64,000 bases of DNA, from contig JAVVRP010000001.1 in assembly GCA_036654655.1 (NCBI GenBank), forward strand, positions 138,426 to 202,425, read 5' to 3'. The DNA comes from Clostridia bacterium. GTDB lineage: Bacteria > Bacillota > Clostridia > Christensenellales > UBA1242. Under the pieces are notes generated by a model, which worked only from the letters and a program-made list of their open reading frames with translations, was not told the origin of the DNA and did not search any database. Both the position numbers and the translations under genes were made by a program. Shown here piece by piece: positions 17,853-30,077 of this stretch (positions within the stretch are counted from its first letter, which is position 1; each line of letters starts with the position of its first letter).

Positions 17853-20288
17853 TTATTTTGCCTCCGTATTTTTTTGTATATTTTTTGTATAAAATTTTGC
17901 TGGATTAGTTTGATATTGTTGCTCTGTTATTGATGTATGGGCATTCCATATGCTTGAATTTGATAAATCTGTTTTTATATTTTTATTTTGTGTGATAATC
18001 CAAAAACCAGATGTTTTTGTTAGATCAAAAACACCCAACTCACTTTCCACCAAAAGAGCAAAATAAAATGATGCAAAATCATTATGCTGACCACAATTTC
18101 TAACTGCATATGTAAACATATCAAACACATCTGAAAACTTTCGATTACATATTTTTTTTAAAACCCCAAAAATTTCTGCCAATGTTTTTTTATCGTTTTT
18201 AACATAAAATAAAGTTTTTTTATCAAACTTTTTATCTGATAAAACAAAAATTTCTGCGTTTGTAATTTGATTGATTTTCGCAATAAAAACTTCATCCAAA
18301 ACCTGATCCAAAAATACAACACGTTTGTAATTTTTTAAAAATTCAAAACTTTCGGGAAACAAAACAATTGCATTAAGCCCATTTACAGGTGGCGTGGAAT
18401 GGCAACAAAATTCATTTATATTACTTAAATCAAATTTATTTGTAAAATTTAAAAATTCATTTGTCCCAAAACACACAAAGGCTGTACCAAATGCTTTTAA
18501 AGAACAATCGGCAACAAATTCATAAAGTTTTTCGCTAACATAATATTTAAATTTTGCCTCGCCAGCGCATCCTTTTAGTTGAATAATTTTAAGCGGGTTA
18601 AGAAATTTGCCTGCCGTTTCAGTAAGTTCCAAGGAACTGTCAACATCTTTTAACGTCCCTTTAAACATCCCTTTTTGCCTGTTTTCAATTTCATAATAAA
18701 AATTGTGATACTTGCAAAGCGATAACTTAACTTTTTTTGAAATATATGAAAAAAATGCTAGTGTAATTTTTCCAAAAGATACGTTTGCATGTTCTGGAAA
18801 ACGTTTCATAGGAATAATTTCTGTTTTTGTTGGCTTTGTACAAAAAATTGGACGCAAATTTTCACATCCTGTTGGTTCTAGTTTTTGAAGATCCAAAAAT
18901 AACTCTTCGTTAATTTCATTTTCTTGCAGGTCTTCATCATAAAATTTTGTTGGTAAAAATGCATTTTCGCTAATGTTTTCTTTTATGTACTTTTCTAAGT
19001 TATTTTCAAACAATTGTATAAATTCTTTTTTTAAAGCAAGCCCCGCAGCGGAAGAATGCCCTCCATAGGTTTCCAAAATATTGCTTTGCATTGCAATCAT
19101 TTTATGAATATTAATGCCTTGCACACTTCTTGCCGATCCCTTTAAAATTTCGTTTTCTATCTCAGAAAACAAAAAACATGGCCTACAAAACTCATCTGCA
19201 ATTTTTGATGCCACTATACCTAGAATTCCTTGATCCCAATTTTTTGAATAAAGAACAATTACACGCTTTTCAGTTAAATCAATTTTTGAAAGCATGCTTA
19301 CACAATCATCATAAACACTTGCGCAAATTGCTTGACGTTTTTGATTATGCTTTATAATTTTTTGTGCAAGTTTTTTAATTTTATCTAAATCTGTTTCAAA
19401 ATATAGTTCAAGGCTGTCACCTGCATCGCCCATTCTGCCAGATGCATTTAATTTTGGAGCAATTTTAAACGCAATTTCGTGAGCGGTTGCAGTTTCAGGT
19501 GAAATATTATTAATTTGAAACAAATATCTAAGCCCTTTTGGAAGTTGCCCCATCATTGTTTTTGCTTTTTTTATTAAAACTCTGTTTTCACCAATTAAGG
19601 GAACAATATCTGCTATTGTTGCTATTGCAACTATTGGTAAAAACTTTTGAGCAGATTTTTCTCCAATAAGTGCACAAGAAAGTTTGTACGCAACTCCGGT
19701 GCCACACAAATGCTTAAAAGTAAACTGTTGTTCGGCAATTTTGGGATTTATACAAATTGTTTCGGGAAGTTCTGGCGGAATTTCATGATGATCCGTAACA
19801 ATAATTTCAATGCCTTTTGTTTTTGCATAAGCAATCTCGTTTTTACACGAAATGCCACAATCCACAGTTATAATAAGTGATGGATTAAACTTTTTTTTAA
19901 TTTTATCAATTGCATTGCAGGTTAAGCCGTATCCGTCTATAAATCTGTTTGGCAAAAAATATGAAGCGTTTGCACCTAATTCTTTCAAAGTTTTAAGCAT
20001 AATTGCTGTTGCACTTACACCATCAACGTCATAATCCCCAAAAATTAATATATTTTCTTTTTTTGTTATTGCAAGCCTTATTTTTACAACAGCCTCAAAA
20101 ATCCCCGAAAGCAACATGGGATTTTGAAGTGGTAGTTTTTCTGCATATAAAAAATTGTCAATATCCTCCTTAGTTTTAAAACCACGGGACATGATTATTT
20201 TCATTATTAAAGGGCTGATGCCAAATTGCTTTGAAAATAAATTAATTTTATCTTGCTCAGCATCAAACTTATGCTTTTGATATCTCAC
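17853..20288 (-). CDS. recJ: Single-stranded-DNA-specific exonuclease RecJ
   Basis: 811-aa ORF (GTG start). Has DHH family motifs (GDYDVDGVS, TVDCG, IVTDHH) and a DHHA1 GGHSSAAG block. Confidence 0.93.
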   Translation of the reverse strand: MRYQKHKFDAEQDKINLFSKQFGISPLIMKIIMSRGFKTKEDIDNFLYAEKLPLQNPMLLSGIFEAVVKIRLAITKKENILIFGDYDVDGVSATAIMLKTLKELGANASYFLPNRFIDGYGLTCNAIDKIKKKFNPSLIITVDCGISCKNEIAYAKTKGIEIIVTDHHEIPPELPETICINPKIAEQQFTFKHLCGTGVAYKLSCALIGEKSAQKFLPIVAIATIADIVPLIGENRVLIKKAKTMMGQLPKGLRYLFQINNISPETATAHEIAFKIAPKLNASGRMGDAGDSLELYFETDLDKIKKLAQKIIKHNQKRQAICASVYDDCVSMLSKIDLTEKRVIVLYSKNWDQGILGIVASKIADEFCRPCFLFSEIENEILKGSARSVQGINIHKMIAMQSNILETYGGHSSAAGLALKKEFIQLFENNLEKYIKENISENAFLPTKFYDEDLQENEINEELFLDLQKLEPTGCENLRPIFCTKPTKTEIIPMKRFPEHANVSFGKITLAFFSYISKKVKLSLCKYHNFYYEIENRQKGMFKGTLKDVDSSLELTETAGKFLNPLKIIQLKGCAGEAKFKYYVSEKLYEFVADCSLKAFGTAFVCFGTNEFLNFTNKFDLSNINEFCCHSTPPVNGLNAIVLFPESFEFLKNYKRVVFLDQVLDEVFIAKINQITNAEIFVLSDKKFDKKTLFYVKNDKKTLAEIFGVLKKICNRKFSDVFDMFTYAVRNCGQHNDFASFYFALLVESELGVFDLTKTSGFWIITQNKNIKTDLSNSSIWNAHTSITEQQYQTNPAKFYTKNIQKNTEAK

Positions 20289-20363
20289 TTAATACTCTTC
20301 TTTTGTATTATAACGTTTAATATCAGCATTGTCAATTAATAGAGAAATTTAATTTTACATATT

Positions 20364-20397
20364 TAAAAAAGTTATGCATATTTAATTTGCATAACTT
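20364..20397 (-). terminator. Putative intrinsic terminator after secF
   Basis: Perfect 9-bp inverted repeat aagttatgc/gcataactt with an 11-nt loop, followed on the minus strand by a T-rich run. Confidence 0.45.
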
Positions 20398-20430
20398 AAA
20401 TTAGTTTATATTAAAATCCATTTTTTTAAT

Positions 20431-21093
20431 TTAATCTTGTTTTTGCACCTTTTTTTGTTTAATTTTGTTTTTTAAATTTCCAAACGCCCATACTGTTGGA
20501 ATTAAAAAAATTGAAGTGTAGGTTGTAATTAAAATTCCAATTATTATTGGTAAAAAAAACATTCTTATTTGTGGTGTGGAAATAAAAATTGCAATGGCAA
20601 ATGAATACAATGAGATCATGCCAAAATCAGTAATATGTGAAAAGCAACTTTCAGATGCCATTTCCGCAATTTCAAAGTTGGACAATCCAATGTTGTCTGG
20701 ATTGTTTTTGTTTTGCTTAATATTAGAAAATAAAAGAATATTCATAAACAAAGAATATGCAACAACAAACATCATTGACGTAATTAAAGTTGCTCCTACT
20801 GGGGCTCTGCAAATTGCAAGAACAGCGAGTGTAACTAAAATATTAATTATAAAAAACAAAACTGATGTCATCGCACTGGAAATTCCAAAACGAAATAAAA
20901 GATAAACAAACACTGCAACAAAAACAAGTAAAATTGCAAGCATTGCTCTGTTTAAAACTATTTGTGAACCTAAAATTGTGCTTTTAACATTAAAACCAAA
21001 AATTGAAAAAATAACTATTCCTGCAAGCAATAAAACAACAGGCGCAATTAAAAACCATTTTGCATTTTTGATAAAATTAAACTGCTTTTTCAT
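20431..21093 (-). CDS. secF: Protein translocase subunit SecF (short form)
   Basis: 220-aa polytopic ORF immediately after and overlapping secD. Has a SecF-like TM core. It is much shorter than typical SecF (about 300 aa), with little extracytoplasmic loop. Confidence 0.75.
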   Translation of the reverse strand: MKKQFNFIKNAKWFLIAPVVLLLAGIVIFSIFGFNVKSTILGSQIVLNRAMLAILLVFVAVFVYLLFRFGISSAMTSVLFFIINILVTLAVLAICRAPVGATLITSMMFVVAYSLFMNILLFSNIKQNKNNPDNIGLSNFEIAEMASESCFSHITDFGMISLYSFAIAIFISTPQIRMFFLPIIIGILITTYTSIFLIPTVWAFGNLKNKIKQKKVQKQD

Positions 21094-22378
21094 CAGAAGC
21101 CTCCTTCTTAAATTTAAGTTTGCCTGCGTTAGTGCTATTAAGTGGAAGATACAGTTTAATAAACCAACGAGTAATAATTAAAGTTGTAAACAGCATAACC
21201 GCTGTTCCAATAAATAACGAAACTCCAAAACTTTTTGCTCCGCCTGTTGTTGCAATCCAAAATATAAGTGATGCAATCAAAGATATACCGCCAAAATCTG
21301 CTATTGTTGGAATTGCATTTTTAAAACCTGCCTTGCATGCAAGAGGCAATTTTTTACCATATTCATACTCTTTTCTAATTTTTTCAAAAATAAAAATATT
21401 AATAAATGCCGTTATGGCAAACGATAACAAAATTCCTGCAAGCCCCGATGCAGTTAACTGAACAACTGGAACCGCTTGTAAAAAGAATATGGTTAAAATT
21501 ACCCAAATAAATAATGAAAATGAGCCAAGCAAACCAAAATCACCGTATGATAAAAACAAGTATAACATGGTTGCAAAAAGAATAACTGAAAATGCAATTA
21601 TAAATAAAAGCATTGCATTTTCACCATATAAAGCATTAACTTTGCCATCCGAAATATGTGACAATTTTGCAGTAAAAGTTCCGCTAACAATGTTGTAAGC
21701 AAGTTCTTGCGCCAATGATGACGTCATGTCAGTTGAACTGGCCATAAAAAATGCTGCACCGGTCATTTGTTTTTTAACTGCAATTGTTAATGTTGAAGAT
21801 GTTTCATCGTCTAAAAAACAATACAATTTTGCATCGTCAGAACCAATTTCTTCAACAAGTTTTTCAAAAATTTTTGCACCATTGGCATTAAGTTTTACAA
21901 TAACACCATATTTGTTTTGGTCGGCAGAAATGTCTGCTGTGCTAATATGTTGCGTACTTAAAACATCTTCTGCTTTTGAATCATTTGTTTTTTTAATGTG
22001 AACTTGTTTTGGATTGCCCAACCACTCAAACATGTTTGTTGGAAATCCAAAATCCAAAACTTCAACCTTAATTTGTGAAGTCCCAATTTTACTTATTATA
22101 GGTTCAATTTGCTTTCGATCTAGCCAAAAAGCATTAAGGCTTTCGAGTGTTTCATCAATTCCTGTTTCCAAAGTTTTTGGGTCTGCCGAGTCCATTTTTG
22201 CATCATATAAAGCATAAACTCCACCACCCAAATCAAGCCCAAGTTCAACACTCCGTGCAAAACCATTCCATGTTTTATTTGTAAATGGAACATTAAATTG
22301 AAACACAGTGAAAAATGTTGCTATTGCAACGAAAATTGAAATAATTATAAATTTTACTCTTGAAGATTTTTTTGACAT
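21077..22378 (-). CDS. secD: Protein translocase subunit SecD
   Basis: 433-aa ORF with an N-terminal TM helix, an extracytoplasmic domain (LGLDLGGG), and a C-terminal 5-TM RND-like bundle. Confidence 0.88.
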   Translation of the reverse strand: MSKKSSRVKFIIISIFVAIATFFTVFQFNVPFTNKTWNGFARSVELGLDLGGGVYALYDAKMDSADPKTLETGIDETLESLNAFWLDRKQIEPIISKIGTSQIKVEVLDFGFPTNMFEWLGNPKQVHIKKTNDSKAEDVLSTQHISTADISADQNKYGVIVKLNANGAKIFEKLVEEIGSDDAKLYCFLDDETSSTLTIAVKKQMTGAAFFMASSTDMTSSLAQELAYNIVSGTFTAKLSHISDGKVNALYGENAMLLFIIAFSVILFATMLYLFLSYGDFGLLGSFSLFIWVILTIFFLQAVPVVQLTASGLAGILLSFAITAFINIFIFEKIRKEYEYGKKLPLACKAGFKNAIPTIADFGGISLIASLIFWIATTGGAKSFGVSLFIGTAVMLFTTLIITRWFIKLYLPLNSTNAGKLKFKKEASDEKAV

Positions 22379-22407
22379 CTGTTGCCCCTATCCTTAAATA
22401 CTTTGAT

Positions 22408-22436
22408 AGTATATAGCAAAATACATGTTTAGTCAA
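22408..22436 (-). promoter_or_regulatory. Sigma-A-type promoter candidate for secDF
   Basis: The minus strand reads TTGACT-17 nt-TATACT, about 30 nt upstream of the secD ATG. Confidence 0.45.
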
Positions 22437-22499
22437 TTGATTATTGCCAAAAAAATCATATTTTAATAAAATTTATTTATATCTTAAAACCAAAATTTG

Positions 22500-22904
22500 T
22501 TATGCGTTCTTTTCTTTGCGAAATCCAACAGAAATTATCCCACAAATTGCACCTATAACACCGCCAAAAAGCAAATCGTTAATAAGCAACTTGGTAAATT
22601 CAAACTCACCATTTAATGCAGAAAAAACAAGAAATGATATTAATGTATAAATAAGCCCAACCAAAAGCCCACTAACTAAGCCTTTTTCTTTTGTTTTTTT
22701 AAGTCCAAAAAAACATCCAATCATAACACTAACGCATTTTATAATTTGGTTAATTGGGCGTATTGCACCATCAGGAACCGCAAAAAACCTCATAACAAAA
22801 GCAAAAATTAATATTCCTATTAAACTTATTGCCAATGCAATTAATGCGCTTTTTAAAATAATAATTATAAATTTTGGTTCACTTTTTTCTATTTTTGCAC
22901 CCAT
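22500..22904 (-). CDS. Small integral membrane protein (YrzE/TIGR04086-like by position and topology)
   Basis: 134-aa ORF with 4 predicted TM helices. It sits between yajC and secDF, where yrzE lies in Bacillus. Family assignment is from memory of synteny only. Confidence 0.6.
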   Translation of the reverse strand: MGAKIEKSEPKFIIIILKSALIALAISLIGILIFAFVMRFFAVPDGAIRPINQIIKCVSVMIGCFFGLKKTKEKGLVSGLLVGLIYTLISFLVFSALNGEFEFTKLLINDLLFGGVIGAICGIISVGFRKEKNA

Positions 22905-22953
22905 ACTTTTTTTCTCCTTATTTGTATTGATATGCTAATTAAAAATAAAATAA

Positions 22954-22975
22954 AACCAACCTAAACAAGTTGGCT
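22954..22975 (-). terminator. Putative intrinsic terminator after yajC
   Basis: Minus-strand agccaac-ttgtttag-gttggtt forms a 7-bp stem (one G-U) followed by TTTTATTTT. Confidence 0.35.
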
Positions 22976-23017
22976 TGATTTTATAATTTATTTAAAAAAC
23001 TCTAAATTTTTATAACT

Positions 23018-23506
23018 TTATTTTTTTGTTGAATTTACCTTTTTGTTTTTTTCTTTTTTTACTTGTTCAACATTAGCATTAATTTCTTTTGGTGATTGCT
23101 GATCAGTTTTTTCTGCTGTTTCTTTTTCAAGTTGTTTTTCTGCTTGTTTGTTAGCCTCTGCAAGTTCTTTTTCCTTCCATGGCTGTTCAAGCGGTGCATA
23201 AACTGCGGCTATATCAACGGTTATATAACTTACAAACTTTCCTGAACCTGTTTCAAGTGTAACGGCCTTTCCTCCTGTTTGTGAGTTTTTTATATCTACT
23301 ATTTTACCAATAATACCTGCTGTTGTTAAAACAGTGTCACCAATTCTTAAACCATTTGTCATGTCCTGCATGCGAGTTGTTTCTTTTTTTCGTTTTGAAA
23401 TTTGCATTACCGGTAAAGCAATAAGCAACACACCTAACAATCCAATAAGCACCCACTGTGTTGCAGAAATACCTGCTGGTGCTGTTTCTAATAAAGCATA
23501 AAACAT
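23018..23506 (-). CDS. yajC: Preprotein translocase subunit YajC with extended K/E-rich C-terminal tail
   Basis: 162-aa ORF with an N-terminal TM helix and the YajC core GDTVLTTAGIIGKIVDI. About 60 extra charged residues at the C-terminus. AAAGGAG SD. Confidence 0.9.
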   Translation of the reverse strand: MFYALLETAPAGISATQWVLIGLLGVLLIALPVMQISKRKKETTRMQDMTNGLRIGDTVLTTAGIIGKIVDIKNSQTGGKAVTLETGSGKFVSYITVDIAAVYAPLEQPWKEKELAEANKQAEKQLEKETAEKTDQQSPKEINANVEQVKKEKNKKVNSTKK

Positions 23507-23561
23507 TTTTTTCTCCTTTAAATTTTTAATTTGTAGGTTAATTTTAATTAATTGTTAACAA

Positions 23562-23675
23562 TTACTTTTTTTTCTTTTTGTTTACCAAAAGAAAAATGCC
23601 AACAACCAAAATTATTGCTATTGCAACACCAATACAAACATAACCAGCAGTTGTAATTTGTAGCATTGAATTCAT
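23562..23675 (-). CDS. Small hydrophobic membrane peptide (37 aa), not in the supplied ORF track
   Basis: The ATG at 23673-23675 is preceded by AAAGGAGA at 7-nt spacing. It translates to MNSMLQITTAGYVCIGVAIAIILVVGIFLLVNKKKKK, one TM helix plus a positive tail. It overlaps, in another frame, the implausible Cys/Trp-rich 69-aa track ORF. Confidence 0.5.
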   Translation of the reverse strand: MNSMLQITTAGYVCIGVAIAIILVVGIFLLVNKKKKK

Positions 23676-23841
23676 ATTTTATCTCCTTTTTGTTACATAA
23701 AAAAGAAAAAGATAACAATAAGCACAAGCACACTAATTGGCATAATAAAGTCCACAAGCCCTGTCCTTTTTCTTATTTGCATTAAGGTTAGCACTAATTA
23801 TAAAAAAATGCAACCACTTTAACGTCGAATTTAAGTATTTT

Positions 23842-26009
<2,168 letters not shown>

Positions 26010-26017
<8 letters not shown>

Positions 26018-27053
26018 TTTTCACCATCTTGCATGCTTTAAGTTGTTCTAATTTATTTTCGGATATTTTTAGTTTTAAATGTTCATAAGCAATTGGCATT
26101 GCCATTCTCCCTCTTGGAGTTCGTGCAATAAAGCCTAATTGCAATAAAAACGGTTCCACAACATCTTCAATGGTTGTTGACTCCTCTCCAATGCTAGAAG
26201 ACAATGTTTCAAGCCCAACTGGTCCACCACCAAATTTGTTTATTATTGATGATAATACTTTTCTGTCAATGTCATCAAGCCCCAATTTATCAATTTCCAT
26301 AAGTTCAAGTGCAATATTTGTTATTTCAAAGTCAATATAGCCCTTTCCCATCACTTCGGCATAATCTCTTACTCGTTTTAAAAGTCTGTTTGCAATTCTT
26401 GGGGTCCCGCGTGAACGTTTTGCAATTTCACCCCCCGCCTTTTCATCCAATTTTATATCTAAAATATTTGCAGAACGTTTAATAATAATTTCAAGTTCTT
26501 TTGGCGAATATAATTCTAATCTGCAAATAACACCAAAACGGTCCCTTAATGGGCTTGTTAACATTCCTGCACGAGTTGTTGCTCCAATAAGGGTAAATGG
26601 CTGAATTTTAAGACGCATGTTTCTTGCTGATGGACCTTTTCCCACAATAAAATCTAAAACAAAATCTTCCATTGCGGGATATAAAATTTCTTCAACAGTT
26701 TTATTTAATCTATGAATTTCATCAATAAAAAGCACGTCATTACGATTTAAATTTGTAAGAATTGCTGCAAGATCCGCTGCATGCTCAATTGCGGGACCGC
26801 TTGTAATTTTCATTTGACTTCCAAGTTCATTTGCAATAATGTGGGATAACGTTGTTTTGCCAAGTCCAGGTGGACCATAAAGCAAAACATGATCTAACGA
26901 CTCCCCTCTTGATTTTGTTGCCTGAATATAAATCTGTAAACTGTTTTTTACCTTTGACTGGCCAATATAATCTTGCATAGATCGTGGCCTAAGCGAGTTT
27001 TCAATTTCCACATCAGTCAAATTTTTACTGCTTGTTATAAATCTATCTTCCAT
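26010..27053 (-). CDS. ruvB: Holliday junction branch migration helicase RuvB
   Basis: 347-aa ORF. Has [12 protein letters not shown], Walker [10 protein letters not shown] and Walker B FIDEIHR. Confidence 0.98.
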
Positions 27054-27634
27054 TATCCCAACCCTCTTAAAACATTTGTAACTATTTGTTCAATTGTTGA
27101 ATTCTCATTTGCGTTTGCCTTTGCCAAGCGGTACGCATCGTTTTTGTTAACTCCAAGCGAAACAAGTGCTTCAACCGCATCATCTAGTGCTTTTATTTCA
27201 ACAACAGGCTCTTGTGATTTTGAACAGCCAAAAACAGAAATTTTGTCTTTAAGTTCAACAACCAAACGTTCTGCTGTTTTTTTCCCCAAGCCTTTAATTG
27301 TGCAAAGCATTTTTAAATCACCTGTTGAAATTGCCACAATGAGATCCGAAAGAGAAATTCCAGACAAAATTGTAAGAGCGCTTTTAGGGCCTATTCCTGA
27401 CACAGTTGTTAATTTGTTAAACATTTCTTTTTCTTCAATAGTAGCAAATCCATATAAACAAATACCATTTTCAAAAACATTTAAAAATGTGTAAATTTTA
27501 ACCATCTCGCCATTTAATGGCAGTGCAGAAAGCGTGTTATTTGAAACCTGAAATTCAAATCCAATTCCGTTACATTCAACAACAGCCTGCCCTTGAATTT
27601 TTGTAACAAGTTCGCCAATAATAAAATTAAACAT
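27053..27634 (-). CDS. ruvA: Holliday junction DNA-binding protein RuvA
   Basis: 193-aa ORF with an OB-fold N-terminus (MFNFIIGEL) and HhH motifs ([21 protein letters not shown]). Confidence 0.95.
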   Translation of the reverse strand: MFNFIIGELVTKIQGQAVVECNGIGFEFQVSNNTLSALPLNGEMVKIYTFLNVFENGICLYGFATIEEKEMFNKLTTVSGIGPKSALTILSGISLSDLIVAISTGDLKMLCTIKGLGKKTAERLVVELKDKISVFGCSKSQEPVVEIKALDDAVEALVSLGVNKNDAYRLAKANANENSTIEQIVTNVLRGLG

Positions 27635-27649
27635 TTATTCTCCTTTTTA

Positions 27650-28141
27650 TTACATTTCATTAACATTTAACCTTGGATTAATTTGCGCATGGCAAATTGC
27701 AACCGCAAGTGCATCGGCGGCATCATCTGGTTTTGGAATTGATTGCAAACATAAAATCATTTTTACCATAAATTGAACCTGTTGTTTTTCTGCACGTCCA
27801 TGCCCTGTTAGTGCTTGTTTTATTTGTAATGGCGTGTATTCAAAAATACTAACATTTTTTAACTTGCATGCCAAAACCAACACTCCTCGTGCTTCTGCAA
27901 CAGGTATTACAGTTGTGTAATTTCTAAAAAAGAAAAGTTCTTCAATTGCCACAACATCAGGATTATAACTATCTATAATTTTGCATATTGTGTTAAAGAT
28001 AATTTGCAATCTATCTGGCAAACATAACTCTTTTGGGGTTGTGATAACACCATAATCAACAGCAATTTGAGTGTTAAAATTTGAATCAACAACACCATAT
28101 CCAACAATACCATAACCAGGATCGATTCCTAGAATTCGCAT
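27650..28141 (-). CDS. ruvC: Crossover junction endodeoxyribonuclease RuvC
   Basis: 163-aa ORF with an MRILGIDPG N-terminus, acidic catalytic residues (IEELFF, DAADALAVA) and GHGRAEKQQV. Confidence 0.93.
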   Translation of the reverse strand: MRILGIDPGYGIVGYGVVDSNFNTQIAVDYGVITTPKELCLPDRLQIIFNTICKIIDSYNPDVVAIEELFFFRNYTTVIPVAEARGVLVLACKLKNVSIFEYTPLQIKQALTGHGRAEKQQVQFMVKMILCLQSIPKPDDAADALAVAICHAQINPRLNVNEM

Positions 28142-28215
28142 AAAATCCTCTTACTTTTAAGTATAAAGAAACTTTGTTCTTTTGTCAAAGGTTTTACTAA
28201 TTTAAATATTAAATA

Positions 28216-28241
28216 AAAATCTGCAAAACTTAGCAGATTTT
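28216..28241 (-). terminator. Intrinsic terminator after yebC
   Basis: Perfect 9-bp stem aaaatctgc/gcagatttt with an 8-nt loop, followed on the minus strand by TTTATTT. A second copy of gcagatttt lies at 28250-28258. Confidence 0.5.
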
Positions 28242-28272
28242 CAAGTTCAGCAGATTTTACTTTATTTTTTAT

Positions 28273-28995
28273 TTATTCATTTAAAATTACATTATGAAAA
28301 ACATCTTGAACATCATCCAGTTCTTCCAGTTTTTCTAACATTTTTTCAAAAGTTGCTTTTTTATCATCATCTAAGGTTATATAAACATCTGGTAAATAAT
28401 CCAATTTACTTTCCAAAATATTACAATTAGAAAGTCCTTTTATTGTTGACTGCAATTTAGAAGATTCTGTTTCCACAACAAGAACCTCATCCTCTTCATT
28501 AACATCAACTGCGTTATATTCTAACGCTAGCATCATAAAATCATCAACATTCATTCCTAATGTTTTTTCAACAAAAATAATACCTTTGTGCTTAAATAAA
28601 TATGATACACAATTTGTTGCGCCAAGTCCACCACCATATTTGTCAAAAAGATGTCTTATGTCACCCGCGGTTCTATTTTTGTTGTCCGTTAAACATTTAA
28701 CCATAACTGCTGAACCGCCAATCCCATAGCCTTCGTACATTGTTTCTTCATAATTAATATTAAAAAGTTCTCCGCTGGCCTTTTTTATTGCACGAGTGAT
28801 TCCATCTGCTGGCATATTGCTCTGTTTGGCCTTTGCTATTGCATCAAATAATCTGGAATTAGTTGCTGGATCTGACCCGCCTGCTTTTACAGACACCGCC
28901 AACTCTCTGCCAATCTTTGTAAATATTTTACCCTTTTGAGCATCAGTTTTTTCTTTGGCACGCTGAATATTGTGCCATTTACTGTGACCTGACAT
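28273..28995 (-). CDS. yebC: YebC/PmpR family DNA-binding transcriptional regulator
   Basis: The start is reset to the ATG at 28993-28995 ([11 protein letters not shown]...), which has a GGAGG SD 6 nt upstream. Full-length YebC-like sequence. Confidence 0.93.
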   Translation of the reverse strand: MSGHSKWHNIQRAKEKTDAQKGKIFTKIGRELAVSVKAGGSDPATNSRLFDAIAKAKQSNMPADGITRAIKKASGELFNINYEETMYEGYGIGGSAVMVKCLTDNKNRTAGDIRHLFDKYGGGLGATNCVSYLFKHKGIIFVEKTLGMNVDDFMMLALEYNAVDVNEEDEVLVVETESSKLQSTIKGLSNCNILESKLDYLPDVYITLDDDKKATFEKMLEKLEELDDVQDVFHNVILNE

Positions 28996-29710
28996 TTTTA
29001 CCTCCAAATGCTATTTCAAACATCAAAATACTTCCGCTAACACCTGCATTTAAACTTTCTAGCCCATTTGCCATTGGTATTTTTATTTTTCCTGTACAAA
29101 GCGTTTCCATATTTTTGCCTACTCCATTACCCTCATTTCCAATCACAATTCCTATACAACAAGGCAATTTACATTTATATATGTTTTCTCCGCTCATATC
29201 TGCACAAAACAAAGGCAAGTTCCAAGTTTTAAAAATGGTTTCAAATTCGCTAAAATTTAACTCACAACAATTTGTACTAAAAACTGCTCCCATGGAACTT
29301 CTGTAAGTTTTTGGATTAGTTATTGTGGCACAATTAATTAAATAAATATCTAAAAAGTTTGCACCTTGCGCCGACCGAATTAAAGTTCCTACATTTCCAG
29401 GATCTTGAACATTTTCCAAAACCAAAAAATTTCCACAAGGTTTTTGTGGAATTTTTTTTTTAATTTGAAAAACTCCAACAATGCCAGAATGATTTGAAAC
29501 ATCACATAATGTTAAAATCATGCTTTTAGTTAAAGTTATTATTTTTTCATTTTGCAAAAAATCAAACTGTTTTCCATTTTCAACAAAAATATAAAGTGGA
29601 ATTTCTGATTTTGCAAGCGCCTCATTCACCAATTTAGGTGTATCCAAAAATAACAAATTACTTTGTTTTTTCAAATTTTTTAATTGCTGATGAGTAACTT
29701 TAAAATTCAC
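28979..29710 (-). CDS. TrmH/SpoU-family RNA 2'-O-methyltransferase
   Basis: 243-aa ORF (GTG start overlapping the rplT stop). Has SpoU motifs [21 protein letters not shown] and [11 protein letters not shown]. Confidence 0.85.
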   Translation of the reverse strand: MNFKVTHQQLKNLKKQSNLLFLDTPKLVNEALAKSEIPLYIFVENGKQFDFLQNEKIITLTKSMILTLCDVSNHSGIVGVFQIKKKIPQKPCGNFLVLENVQDPGNVGTLIRSAQGANFLDIYLINCATITNPKTYRSSMGAVFSTNCCELNFSEFETIFKTWNLPLFCADMSGENIYKCKLPCCIGIVIGNEGNGVGKNMETLCTGKIKIPMANGLESLNAGVSGSILMFEIAFGGKNVRSQ

Positions 29711-30060
29711 GCTTTAACCATTTGTGACTTTTTTACAAGTTCTGCAAAACCTACGGCGTCATTAACAGCCATTTCTGCAAGAACTTTGCGATTAAGTTCT
29801 ATTTCAGCATTTTTAAGTCCAAACATAAACTTGCTGTAAGATATGTTATTAATACGGCACGCCGCATTTATACGTGTAATCCAAAGTGAACGAAAATCAC
29901 GTTTTTTAAGTTTTCTTCCAATGTATGCATAATTCCCACTCTTCATAACTGCTTGACGAGCAACACGATAAAGTGTTGATTTTGCTCCACGATATCCCTT
30001 TGCGTCCTTTAATATTGAACGGCGTTTTTTTAATGCATTAACTGATCTTTTTATTCTCAT
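29707..30060 (-). CDS. rplT: 50S ribosomal protein L20
   Basis: 117-aa ORF starting [14 protein letters not shown], with full-length L20 similarity. Third gene of infC-rpmI-rplT. Confidence 0.98.
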   Translation of the reverse strand: MRIKRSVNALKKRRSILKDAKGYRGAKSTLYRVARQAVMKSGNYAYIGRKLKKRDFRSLWITRINAACRINNISYSKFMFGLKNAEIELNRKVLAEMAVNDAVGFAELVKKSQMVKA

Positions 30061-30077
30061 AATTTCTCCTCAATAAA

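Noticed and set aside
23548-23757. 69-aa track ORF MWTLLCQLVCLCLLL...
   Set aside because: Its composition is rich in Cys and Trp, and it has no ribosome-binding site. An SD-preceded 37-aa TM peptide in the adjacent frame explains the open region better.
23676-23760. 16-aa hydrophobic mini-ORF MPISVLVLIVIFFFFM just upstream of the 37-aa peptide
   Set aside because: It has no recognisable SD and is too short to support from sequence alone.
26973-27494. 173-aa plus-strand ORF antisense to ruvA. Similar long antisense ORFs occur at 14499-14960, 40894-41364, 10415-10798, 61640-62038, 55765-56151 and 33186-33578.
   Set aside because: Each lies entirely inside a well-supported conserved gene on the opposite strand. 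They have Ser/Phe/Ile-rich low-complexity translations and no SD. They are the expected shadow ORFs of AT-rich, codon-biased genes.
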